The notes beneath the pieces were generated by a model that did not search any database, was not told the origin of the DNA, and worked only from the letters and a program-made list of their open reading frames with translations. From a virus, in the IMG/VR virus record IMGVR_UViG_3300045283_000397, positions 26,565 to 90,564 of that record: 64,000 nt of DNA; one strand, given 5' to 3'. Shown here piece after piece: positions 29,021 through 37,655 of this stretch (its first letter is position 1; every line of letters starts with the position of its first letter). The position numbers were made by a program, and so were the translations under genes.

Positions 29021-30292
29021 CTAGGTTTCTACTACGGGAACATATTCCTTGGGAGTAAGACCAAAAGTCCAAGCCGCCGCCTCGTGCGCCTTGGTTATTT
29101 GGGGCGGGACACGTAAAAAATAATGTTTAAAACTGCCGTCGAGTTCGCGTGTCGAGTTAACTACCTCCAGCATTACAATGGGCTCGTCGAAGGGCAGCTC
29201 GCGCCGCCAGAGCGTGCCATAATTCTCATCATAGTCTAGCCGCTTGCCCCCGGCATCGCGGATATAGGCAGCGGCGCCTTTGATTTCGGCCTTGGGCCGA
29301 TACTGATCAATCATTACCCGACGGACCTCGGCATTTCGCTCCTTGTCCACAGCTTCTATGGTGATGGTTTCGGGTTTCTCGATAATTTGCGCAGGCACCC
29401 TAACGCCGTGCACCGCATAAATGGCCCAGCCATCTGGGTAAACGCAAGCCGGCCCTGTGAGTGAGTGCAGGTGACCGCGCTCATCTCGCATTAGTATGTG
29501 GTGACGCTCCGAGACCCAACAGATGTTCTGATGCGGCAAAGCCCAACCGGTACTCTGGGAGAGTTCCCACAACCCTGCCAATTTTTGAGTTTCTGCAACA
29601 AGGCCCAAAGTCTCATAAAAATAGCTATAAAAGGCTAACCAAGAAGCATCATGGGCTCCGTACACGCTGTCCCCCACGCTGGCCCACACGCTGTCCCGCA
29701 CGCTGGCCCACACGCTGTCCCGCACGCTGTCCCGCACGCTGTCCCCCACGCTGGCCCACACGCTGGCCCACACGCTGGCCCACACGCTGTCCCCCACGCT
29801 GGCCCACACGCTGTCCCGCACGCTGGCCCGCACGCTGTCCCCCACGCTGTCCCGCACGCTGTCCCGCACGCTGTCCCGCACGCTGGCCCGCACGCTGGCC
29901 CACACGCTGTCCCGCACGCTGGCCCGCACGCTGGCCCACACGCTGTCCCACACGCTGGCCCCCACGCTGGTCCCCACGCTGGTCCCCACGCTGTCCCGCA
30001 CGCTGGCCCACACGCTGGTCCCCACGCTGTCCCGCACGCTGTCCCCCACGCTGTCCCATTCCCGGTCAAGGATGATGGCCCGGGTTAACCCCTGTGAAAG
30101 CGGCGACCCACACCAAATTATCTTGCGCGGGGGTTTAAGTCCCCCTTGTCGATAAGTCTCGTAAATAGCGGCCTCGGCCCTGGGACGATTGGCCACATCA
30201 GTACAGAGTCCAATTTTGGTCCAGTGCTCTACAAACTCGGGGAAGCGCGCAATTTGTTTGGGCGTGAGGCGCTCGATCTTAGTCCGCGACAT
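29021..30292 (-). CDS. DUF6745-like protein with internal tetrapeptide repeat
   Basis: GHLHSLTGPA..YPDG..IYAVHGVRVP, NAEVRRVMI, VVNST.E.DGS...YFLRVPP. Confidence 0.8.
   Translation of the reverse strand: MSRTKIERLTPKQIARFPEFVEHWTKIGLCTDVANRPRAEAAIYETYRQGGLKPPRKIIWCGSPLSQGLTRAIILDREWDSVGDSVRDSVGTSVWASVRDSVGTSVGTSVGASVWDSVWASVRASVRDSVWASVRASVRDSVRDSVRDSVGDSVRASVRDSVWASVGDSVWASVWASVWASVGDSVRDSVRDSVWASVRDSVWASVGDSVYGAHDASWLAFYSYFYETLGLVAETQKLAGLWELSQSTGWALPHQNICWVSERHHILMRDERGHLHSLTGPACVYPDGWAIYAVHGVRVPAQIIEKPETITIEAVDKERNAEVRRVMIDQYRPKAEIKGAAAYIRDAGGKRLDYDENYGTLWRRELPFDEPIVMLEVVNSTRELDGSFKHYFLRVPPQITKAHEAAAWTFGLTPKEYVPVVET
29663..30058. repeat. 33 x 12-bp tandem repeat, CACGCT plus variable hexamer
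   Basis: Encodes SV(R/W/G)(D/A/T) units within the DUF6745-like gene. Confidence 0.95.
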
Positions 30293-30593
30293 TGCGAATG
30301 GCCTCCGGCGAGTATTCGCGCTGACGGATCACCAGGTAATTACCCGGCGGCACCAGCACCGTGGAATGCTCATCATGCTCCAGCGCTACCGAGCTATCAC
30401 CCGACACATACATAAAGATGGCCGCGAGCTTCGGATCGCTGAACAGTGCAGCTCGATCATCCTTGATGGCATGGGCATGTCCGGTTGCTTCGCCATGGGC
30501 CAGTACTGCGCGGCCATTCTCACGTTCGACGGCCACGAGGCCTTTGGGCAGAGCTTTTACCGGAATTACCAGAACGTCGCCTTGACGATACAT
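30279..30593 (-). CDS. Conserved small protein (YRQGDV family), usual partner of DUF6745
   Basis: MYRQGDV...LAHGEATGHAH...HDEH...QREY. Confidence 0.8.
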   Translation of the reverse strand: MYRQGDVLVIPVKALPKGLVAVERENGRAVLAHGEATGHAHAIKDDRAALFSDPKLAAIFMYVSGDSSVALEHDEHSTVLVPPGNYLVIRQREYSPEAIRNVAD

Positions 30594-30648
30594 AGTCCAT
30601 CTCCTTTATTGTAGATTAACTTAGTTTAAACTAAAATGTAGGCGCAAG

Positions 30649-32151
30649 CTATACCCAAGGACACGCTAGCTGCCCGCCCGCGGCCACCAGCGTTAACCGT
30701 TCACGCGCTCGCGTTACCGCCACGTACCAAACACGGCGCTCAGGATCAGGATTGGTCTCCATTTCCTGATGCGTCCTTTTTGCCATATCCGATAAAACGA
30801 TTACGTATTCTGCTTCACTGCCCTTGGACCCGTGTATGGTGCTGATGCGCACCCTAGGCTTGGCGCGTAGCCGCTCGCCGCGCCTGCGCATCGCCAAGAT
30901 GTAGCCCACGTCCTGCTGCGGGAGGCGATCGAGCGCGACGTGCCAGATCGCGTCGACAAGCAGGCCGCCCTTCTTCTTGAGATCATCCAGCGTGACCGGG
31001 GGGGCCTGCTCGTCGAATGCGCTGAGCGATTTGTATCCGCGCGCTACCCCGCGCCCCACGCTCATGGCCTGGTACACTGCGCGCGCTGCTTCCACCGCCA
31101 CCGCGCCCCCGGCCCTTAGCCTCTCCCAGTCAGATATTACCTGCAAGACTTCGGTGCTTACCGAAGGCTTTTCATTGCGGTGATAGTACACGCCGGCTTC
31201 GCGCAGCGCGGGCGCCACCACATCGTTGAGCACATAGGCGTTGCGCGCCAGCACCAGCACGTCCGGCCCCTCGGTCAGCCCCACGTCGAAGGCGACCTCG
31301 TGCGCCACCGCGCCCTCCGCTGCGCGCGGCGCCCACTGCTTAGGCCTGCGGTGCGCTACTGGGGAGATGAGTGTATTGGCGAGGATCTGTACAGCGCGCG
31401 GCACGCGGTAGGATTGGCCCAGCACGCGCACGTCCCCGGCCATGTCCACTAGATGGGACGAGTCTGCTCCGGCCCATTGGAAGATTGCCTGGTCGTCATC
31501 CCCGGCCACCACGCAACGCTTGGCGCCCTGCCTGAGGCGATCGAACACATCCCACTGTAATTTCGGGAGGTCTTGACATTCATCTCCTATTAATGTCTCC
31601 AGGCGCAGCTGGAGGCCCTCCCTGAGGAATTGCTGGAGCATGTCGGTGTAGTCCATCAGCCCCCGCGCACGCTTGAATTCGCGCAACGCGCGCGCCACTC
31701 GCTCCACCTCGTGCCACGGCAGGCCATCATCAAACTGATCGAACTGCTCTCGCAGTTTGACCATCTTGATTCTTGCCAAGTTTTCCATAAAGATGATGCG
31801 GTCGCCGGGCTCGAAGCCCGCCTGGAGCCCGTCTTCCGACCACCCCCCGGTCACCCTTATGCCGGCCCAGTCGGCGAATTCCCTGGTCGCCTTGCGGTCC
31901 ATCACCTCGCCCGGGCGCAGGCCCAGCAGCCGGAAGCACAAGGAGTGCAGCGTGCGGAACCAGGGCAGCTGCGCGCGCGCCAGCCCGAACTTCTCGCTCG
32001 CGCGCGTCACGGCCTCCTCGGCCGCGCGCCGCGTGAACGAGAGGTAGGCGATGCGCTCGGGTGCCACGCCGCGCGCCAGCTCTGCGTCTACGATGTCGAG
32101 TAGCGACGTAGTCTTGCCGCAGCCGGGGGGGCCAAGGATAATCTCGGGCAT
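30649..32151 (-). CDS. Second UvrD/REP-family SF1 helicase
   Basis: GPPGCGKT, DECQD, AGDDDQAIFQW, QSYR, STIHGSKGSE, YVAVTRA. Confidence 0.92.
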   Translation of the reverse strand: MPEIILGPPGCGKTTSLLDIVDAELARGVAPERIAYLSFTRRAAEEAVTRASEKFGLARAQLPWFRTLHSLCFRLLGLRPGEVMDRKATREFADWAGIRVTGGWSEDGLQAGFEPGDRIIFMENLARIKMVKLREQFDQFDDGLPWHEVERVARALREFKRARGLMDYTDMLQQFLREGLQLRLETLIGDECQDLPKLQWDVFDRLRQGAKRCVVAGDDDQAIFQWAGADSSHLVDMAGDVRVLGQSYRVPRAVQILANTLISPVAHRRPKQWAPRAAEGAVAHEVAFDVGLTEGPDVLVLARNAYVLNDVVAPALREAGVYYHRNEKPSVSTEVLQVISDWERLRAGGAVAVEAARAVYQAMSVGRGVARGYKSLSAFDEQAPPVTLDDLKKKGGLLVDAIWHVALDRLPQQDVGYILAMRRRGERLRAKPRVRISTIHGSKGSEAEYVIVLSDMAKRTHQEMETNPDPERRVWYVAVTRARERLTLVAAGGQLACPWV

Positions 32152-32540
32152 CATGTGAATAGGCGCAAGATCATGGTTTTGGCATTTTCTAAGGTAGTGG
32201 CTTTGACGCAGGCTGGGTGGTGGCGCCAAGTGCCGAAACTGGAGCAATCGCCCGCGATAAAGACCGGGATGCCATTGGCGATGGCGATGCCTACCTCTAC
32301 CAGGGCGCCACGCAACTCGTCTCCCGGTTCTGCGTAGACGATGAGCGCGCGCGAGGTTTCCACGTCGTGCTGATCTACCATCCAGAAAATATGAAAATCC
32401 TCGGGCGTAGCGGACTCTTCATGCGCGGCTTGATCGAACCAGCGCGCGTGTAGATCTATGCCATGTTGCTTCCATTCGTAGCGCAAATCACACAAGCGCG
32501 GCGCATATTTAATCTTACTGGCGATATAGACACGGATCAT
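32151..32540 (-). CDS. Nucleoside 2-deoxyribosyltransferase-like protein
   Basis: VYIAS...D..DV......GALVEVGIAIANGIPV. Confidence 0.65.
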   Translation of the reverse strand: MIRVYIASKIKYAPRLCDLRYEWKQHGIDLHARWFDQAAHEESATPEDFHIFWMVDQHDVETSRALIVYAEPGDELRGALVEVGIAIANGIPVFIAGDCSSFGTWRHHPACVKATTLENAKTMILRLFT

Positions 32541-32874
32541 TGCATTTGCTCCAGCTGCTCCGCCACCGCCCTTAGCGCCGCGGCCCACTCCCCCGGCGCA
32601 CCGCGCGCCAGCCGGCGCCCGAGCGAGCGCCCGGGCCATCTCTCCGGCTACGCGCGCCATCGCGTTATGGGCGCGCGCCAGCTGCTGCTCACGGTCAGTC
32701 AAGCACTTCGACGACTAGCGGGGGAAAGTGCCCGAAAATTTTGTCGAAGCCGTATTCGTACGGCTCCTCGCGCATTTGCTGTTGCAATGCGGCGATGGCG
32801 CGCTCATTGCGGCGCGGCGGCTTATATTCAGAAGTCTCGATGTCATTTTCCATAGCATGGTTCCTAGATAGAGT

Positions 32875-32951
32875 GCCTCCCCGGCACGCGTGGGTGAGAC
32901 GGCGAGCGCGCAGCGGAACTGGGCGAACTACGGCGCGCTGGCCGGGGAGGC
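32875..32951 (-). ncRNA. Putative structured regulatory RNA (two-loop, C4-like architecture)
   Basis: 11-bp closing stem, internal 7-bp stem whose loop carries CCCAGUUCC, second small loop CUCACCC; intergenic downstream of the SSB gene; strand inferred from operon direction. Confidence 0.5.
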
Positions 32952-32953
32952 GC

Positions 32954-32979
32954 ATGAAAGCCCCCCTTGGGGCTTTCAT
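32954..32979. terminator. Perfect hairpin, possible terminator or processing site
   Basis: ATGAAAGCCCC-CCTT-GGGGCTTTCAT. Confidence 0.5.
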
Positions 32980-33132
32980 ATCAGGTGTTGAGTGCCGGGC
33001 CTCGTGGGCTTCTGACTTCCCGGTTGTCGCGTTTTTGTCGCATCCCACTTGAAGCAAGTCCTTCCTTTGCCGCGTCGAACTTGCAAAGCCACAGCGTCCA
33101 CCGAAGGACGGGGTCGACACGGCTTGAACCAA

Positions 33133-33987
33133 TTAGAACGGCGGATCGCTGGCCGCCGCGCCCGTGTCGGCCTCGGGCGCCGCCTGCTTTTCGCCCGACT
33201 CCACTGCGGCGCACAGCGCCCGGCCCAGCGCGATGTCCTCGGCCGTCTGGACCCAGCCCGCGCGCTGGGGGTCGAGCAGGTACCACTCGCCCAGCTTGTT
33301 GGTTCTGTATCGGGTTTTTAACCGATACAGATGGTGAAATGCGGCGGATTGCTTCCCGGGGGCCAGGGGGTGGTTGACGATGTCGCTATTCCAGCCCTTG
33401 GCCACCGTGTGGCCGGTGCCCGAGAATGGGATTACGTAGGGCAGCCGGCCGCCCGCGTCGGTGTGCACCAGGCCCGTCACTTGGCGCGTCTCGACCACTA
33501 TGGTGCCCTTGGGCATCACCCAGGCCTGGCGCTGGTTGCCGCGGTCGTCCGTTATGGTGCCCAGCTTGGCCTCCGGCGGCCGGTGCGTGTGGCGCGCGAC
33601 GAAACCGGAGCCGCGCTGCGCGCCCCATTCGATCCAGAGGCCATGGGCAAAGTGGCAGGGCTGGAAAATGACCCCGTCGTCTCCAGAGACGACTGGGTCA
33701 TCGGCGTTGCGCAGCCAAATACACCCCGCCTCGGCGCCCTCGATATAGTTCTCGTTCTTTTTGAGCACCTGCGGGCTCTGGGCCTGGAGCACGTAGATGA
33801 GCGGCACCAGGTTATCGGCCTGGTCGGTGCTCACGCCGCGCCCGGCGTCCTTCTCCATCTCGGCCATCAACGCGGCGGGCAAGGCACCCTCGGCCTGGGG
33901 TACCACGGCGCCTTGGCCGGGGCCGGGGGGTTTATTGATCTCCTCGGTGGTCGGCACAGGATCTTTGGTACGACTTAGGATAGACAT
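33133..33987 (-). CDS. Phage single-stranded DNA-binding/annealing protein
   Basis: LQAQSPQV...YIEGAEAG, acidic/aromatic C-terminus SDPPF; replication context. Confidence 0.65.
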   Translation of the reverse strand: MSILSRTKDPVPTTEEINKPPGPGQGAVVPQAEGALPAALMAEMEKDAGRGVSTDQADNLVPLIYVLQAQSPQVLKKNENYIEGAEAGCIWLRNADDPVVSGDDGVIFQPCHFAHGLWIEWGAQRGSGFVARHTHRPPEAKLGTITDDRGNQRQAWVMPKGTIVVETRQVTGLVHTDAGGRLPYVIPFSGTGHTVAKGWNSDIVNHPLAPGKQSAAFHHLYRLKTRYRTNKLGEWYLLDPQRAGWVQTAEDIALGRALCAAVESGEKQAAPEADTGAAASDPPF

Positions 33988-33991
33988 AGGC

Positions 33992-34198
33992 TTAGGCTCC
34001 CTTCATTTGTTCGGAGATAACTTCGGCCGCCACCTTCTTGATGTAAGCCGACCAGCGATTGCGATCGTCCCAAGGCGTTAGGGCAAAGGGTGGGTAGCCG
34101 CTCTTCGCCATGTCCTGATAGCCGTCATTGGCGCGCTGAATGATGGCGTCGGCTATCTGCTCGGGTGTTTTGGTTTGGAGCTTGGGGCGCTTGGTCAT
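33992..34198 (-). CDS. Hypothetical protein
   Basis: Coupled ORF with AAGGAG RBS. Confidence 0.5.
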   Translation of the reverse strand: MTKRPKLQTKTPEQIADAIIQRANDGYQDMAKSGYPPFALTPWDDRNRWSAYIKKVAAEVISEQMKGA

Positions 34199-34797
34199 GT
34201 CTTGCGCTCCTTGATCTCCACCTGGTGGCCGTGGGTGGCGCCCAGCGCTTCCATCTCCGCGCCGCTAAGGCCGCGGTGAGCTTCCACCTGCTCGCGGAAC
34301 CAGGCGGTGAGAGTGTTCCACTGCACGGTGCGCTTAAGGGAAGCGATGAGGCCCGCCTCGCCCAGCTTTTGGACCAGTGTACGGGCCTCGTCGATCTCTT
34401 CGCGGTTAAACTCTACCGAGACCACGCACTTGATGATGTCGCCGCCTTGCTTGGCTTCGAGCAGGTCGAAGGCCGCCTCGCGCTTCTCGCTGGGCCACTC
34501 CGCCGCGATGTTGGCCCTATAGTAGGGCTTTAGGCGCGCGTCGTAGGCGGGCAGGTTGCCGGCCGCCGGCAGCCCGACTTGGTCGGTGCCCGCGGCCATC
34601 AGCAGCGCCGGCAGCGTATCGAACCTTCTTTTGTCGATGCGCGCCTGGGTCTCCTTGCGGCGTGCTTCCAGGTCGGCGAGCACTTGCTGGTCGTCGCGCT
34701 GGGCGGCGAGCTCGGCGCGCACCGTTTCTAGGGTAGCCGGCGCAATGGCCAGGGGGCGCTCGGCGTCTACAAGTACGGCGGTGGGTATACCATTCAT
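34195..34797 (-). CDS. Conserved phage replication-module protein
   Basis: LPALL...AFDLLE...GDIIK...VQWNTLTAWFRE; GGAACTGGG leader. Confidence 0.65.
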   Translation of the reverse strand: MNGIPTAVLVDAERPLAIAPATLETVRAELAAQRDDQQVLADLEARRKETQARIDKRRFDTLPALLMAAGTDQVGLPAAGNLPAYDARLKPYYRANIAAEWPSEKREAAFDLLEAKQGGDIIKCVVSVEFNREEIDEARTLVQKLGEAGLIASLKRTVQWNTLTAWFREQVEAHRGLSGAEMEALGATHGHQVEIKERKT

Positions 34798-35072
34798 AAG
34801 CTGTCTCCCAGTTCCATACACGGGGGCGAGGGGGCTGAGGCAGGAAATCCCCCGGCGCAGCCTGCCCAGGTACTTGGCCACATCTTGCGATGCCGCCCCC
34901 GTGCAAGGAGTATAGTGGCGCTAGGCGCAGGCGCGGTAAAGTGCTATTTTTGCTTTGTCGCGCCGGCCGCGCGGGCTAAGCTATTGGAGTAAACGGTGAG
35001 TTACCAACCATAGGAATCTCAGTTCATAGTTTCCCGGCGCCTCGCGGATTTTCAGGGGCTAGGAGAACGAAA

Positions 35073-35942
35073 ATGATCAGTCATCCGAATCGCGGCACGA
35101 TCACCAAGGCCATCGTGACTAAGTTGCTCAAGATCGTGGACGCTGGTCTTGTGAAAGGCGTCGGTAACGCCAAGCCGGGCAAAATGTGTATCGAGGCGGC
35201 AGTCTGTTACGCGCTCGGCGAGCCGCATGGCGATAGGCCGTCCTGTGTCGCTCCGGTTCTCCGTGAACTCAAAATTCGTCTGAACGATAGCAATTGGTCC
35301 TCGGAAGAAGCCAGGGCCAAGGGCCTGCGCCGGCTCGGCGTGGCCCAATTGGGCAGCGCTGGCGCGCTGGACGAAAAAGAGTTCCGGCGCCGTGTTTTCG
35401 ATTACGCCCTGCGGTCATCCGTTCCGGCCGCCCTGCGGTCTGCGGCTACAATCCAGAAGGGCCACAAGCACAAGGCAGCGCTGCTTGATGCAGCGGCGCG
35501 GTGCGAGAAGGAAGGAACAAGGGAAGCGGCTTTGCAGGCTAAGAACGCCGCCGCCGCCGCCGCCTACGCTGCCGCCGCCGACGCCGCCGCCGCCGCCCAC
35601 TTTGCCGCCGCCGCCCACGCTGCCGCCGCCCACGCTGCCGCCAACGCCGCCTACGCTGCCGCCGCTGCCGCCGCCGCCCACGCTGCCGCCGCCTACGTTG
35701 CCGCCAACGCCGCCTACGCTGCCGCCGCTGCCGCCGCCGCCTACGCTGCCGCCGCTGCCGCCAACGCCGCCTACGCTGCCGCCGCCTACGTTGCCGCCCA
35801 CGCTGCCGCCGCCTACGTTGCCGCCGCCCGAAAGGCCGCTCGCGACACGTCGCTCGCGGCCTATGCAGAGGCGGTCGTGCAAATCCTCGTCAGTATGGAT
35901 GCGCCCGGTTGCAAATGGCTTGAACTAACGGAAGCGGCTTAA
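35073..35942 (+). CDS. Phage protein with Ala-rich low-complexity repeat
   Basis: AGGAG RBS; MCIEAAV...HGDRPSCVAPV...LND, then (A)nY/H repeats. Confidence 0.8.
   Translation: MISHPNRGTITKAIVTKLLKIVDAGLVKGVGNAKPGKMCIEAAVCYALGEPHGDRPSCVAPVLRELKIRLNDSNWSSEEARAKGLRRLGVAQLGSAGALDEKEFRRRVFDYALRSSVPAALRSAATIQKGHKHKAALLDAAARCEKEGTREAALQAKNAAAAAAYAAAADAAAAAHFAAAAHAAAAHAAANAAYAAAAAAAAHAAAAYVAANAAYAAAAAAAAYAAAAAANAAYAAAAYVAAHAAAAYVAAARKAARDTSLAAYAEAVVQILVSMDAPGCKWLELTEAA
35545..35828. repeat. GCC-rich imperfect tandem repeat
   Basis: Recurrent GCCGCC(T/C)ACGCTGCC and GCCAACGCCGCCTACGCT units. Confidence 0.85.
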
Positions 35943-35958
35943 CCAACGAGAGACCAAA

Positions 35959-36219
35959 ATGCGAATCAACGGGAAGCGTGTCGTGGATGCCACGAAGCCC
36001 CTGCATATTTCAGTGTCAAAGCGTGACGCCGCGTTCGGAAAGACAATGGACCCGGCGAATAAGGCGCTCAACTGGCTGGCTCTTGAACTTGCCCGCCTCC
36101 GCCTCCGGCCGACTGAGGAGGAATTGACGCGGGTTGTAATTCAAGGTCGCGATGAATTATGGACGGATCGATCAATCGTCCGCGCCATCACTGCGCGATT
36201 CCCCAAGGTGCAACTATGA
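35959..36219 (+). CDS. Chimeric/truncated paralog of 14266..14694
   Basis: N-terminal ~32 aa closely similar, then diverges. Confidence 0.55.
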   Translation: MRINGKRVVDATKPLHISVSKRDAAFGKTMDPANKALNWLALELARLRLRPTEEELTRVVIQGRDELWTDRSIVRAITARFPKVQL

Positions 36220-36909
36220 CGGACGCGTGGGTTGAGTCTGCATGGCGGACTTATAACAATCAGCGGCCACGGGGTGACATCAGCGCAAAGCCAGCCTTTC
36301 AAGCGGGCTGGCGCGCCGCGCTCGCCGCAGCGCAGGCCGGGGCGCCGTACTTGCAGGGCGAGCTACGCTGGCTTGATGAGTTTGTCCACACGATCTTGCA
36401 TGAGTTTGAGGGAGTGCTACCCGATCCTGAGCGCTACCAGTTGACTCCATTGGAAAAAGGCCGCGAAGCATTTATTGCGGATGCTCGCGCGCAAATCAGG
36501 AGCAGAGTTGACCGCGCCCTACGGCCTCCCGCAGCGCCGGCAGAAAGTACAAGTTGCTTGGAGTGCGGTATGCCAACGCCGTGGCATAAAAGCAAATGCA
36601 GCCTCGCGCCGCCCCTGTCAGCTTCCGAGCAGGCAGGAGCACCAAGCAAAGTCCTTCTGACCGGCATTCACCCCTACGGCAAATCACTGAGGGACAAATG
36701 AGCTACGACCGAAACCCAAGCTACGAGCGGCTTTTGGCCCATACGTTGCGCCACGGCATAAAGAAATGGTTGCTTCGTGGCACATATCGCGAGGACGCCC
36801 AGACGATCCGCGCCGCCATCAAGCGTATGTCCTCGCGCGAGATCGCCAAAAGACTGGCGCGCATCTTGGCACAGCGTTGATGGCCCTATTACAACGGAGG
36901 AAATGAAAG

Positions 36910-37146
36910 ATGGATCGCGCAGAACTGGGTGTTGATGGTAATTGCGGTTTTGCCTTGCTTGGGGCCAATATCCAAGAAGGCGAAGCCGAGTTTGAACCCA
37001 TCAAAGACTTTGGTCAACACTGGCACGCTGAACAGCATCGGCAGGCAAAGCTTGCCATCAACAGGGCCTTTCGGCGTCTCAAGGAGAGATTAGGTAGGAA
37101 TGACCTCTCCTACTTCCTTGGCCCTAGCCATCCCGATAGTTGTTAA
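36910..37146 (+). CDS. Hypothetical protein
   Basis: GGAGG RBS. Confidence 0.55.
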   Translation: MDRAELGVDGNCGFALLGANIQEGEAEFEPIKDFGQHWHAEQHRQAKLAINRAFRRLKERLGRNDLSYFLGPSHPDSC

Positions 37147-37173
37147 CGACAGCTTAGCCACGGAGGGCAAGAA

Positions 37174-37413
37174 GTGAGTGATGTTTCTAAGGTGGTAGTT
37201 GACGCTAATGAGTTGGCCAAACTGCGCGCCGATCTTGCACGGACAACGGAAGCTCTAGAAGCCATTTTTAACTTAACCGATGGAGAAATCGAAGTGAGAT
37301 TTAGAACGAGTAGCACTAAGACCGAGGAACAAATGGGTCGAAACTCGACGATCTATAGTTTGCTATCTCTGCCGCGCAATATGGCCCGAGATGCTCTTCG
37401 CGATCGGCAATGA
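37174..37413 (+). CDS. Hypothetical protein
   Basis: GGAGG RBS before GTG. Confidence 0.55.
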   Translation: MSDVSKVVVDANELAKLRADLARTTEALEAIFNLTDGEIEVRFRTSSTKTEEQMGRNSTIYSLLSLPRNMARDALRDRQ

Positions 37414-37479
37414 CATAATGACCGGATGAACGATATATTTTAATTTACAACGAGGACACAATGTCTAAGAAAACCAGAC

Positions 37480-37641
37480 ATGACCGCAATCGAGGTTCTT
37501 TGAGCCATCCGTGATGATATCAAAGAAATGGAGTGAGAATCTTTCGGAGAGAACCAGCGATTGCTTCTGGTCGCTAAGGCCAATGTTCTGGAAATTGTAA
37601 ATGACTGGATCGAGTATGTCTTAGCGCTGACAGAACGATAA
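37480..37641 (+). pseudogene. Small ORF remnant with two in-frame TGA stops
   Basis: MTAIEVL*AIRDDIKEME*ESFGEN...TER; TGA at 37501 and 37534. Confidence 0.4.
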
Positions 37642-37655
37642 CTTTCCATTTTACA

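Noticed and set aside
29663-30058. CRISPR array or DGR variable region
   Set aside because: Units are 12 bp with no unique spacers, are in-frame coding, and no cas or reverse transcriptase gene is present
30611-30640. CtrA binding box (also near 61800)
   Set aside because: Spacing and sequence do not match TTAA-N7-TTAA exactly
32990-33060. HDV-like/theta ribozyme
   Set aside because: Crossing helices are present but there is no P3/L3, P1.1 GG or catalytic J4/2 pattern
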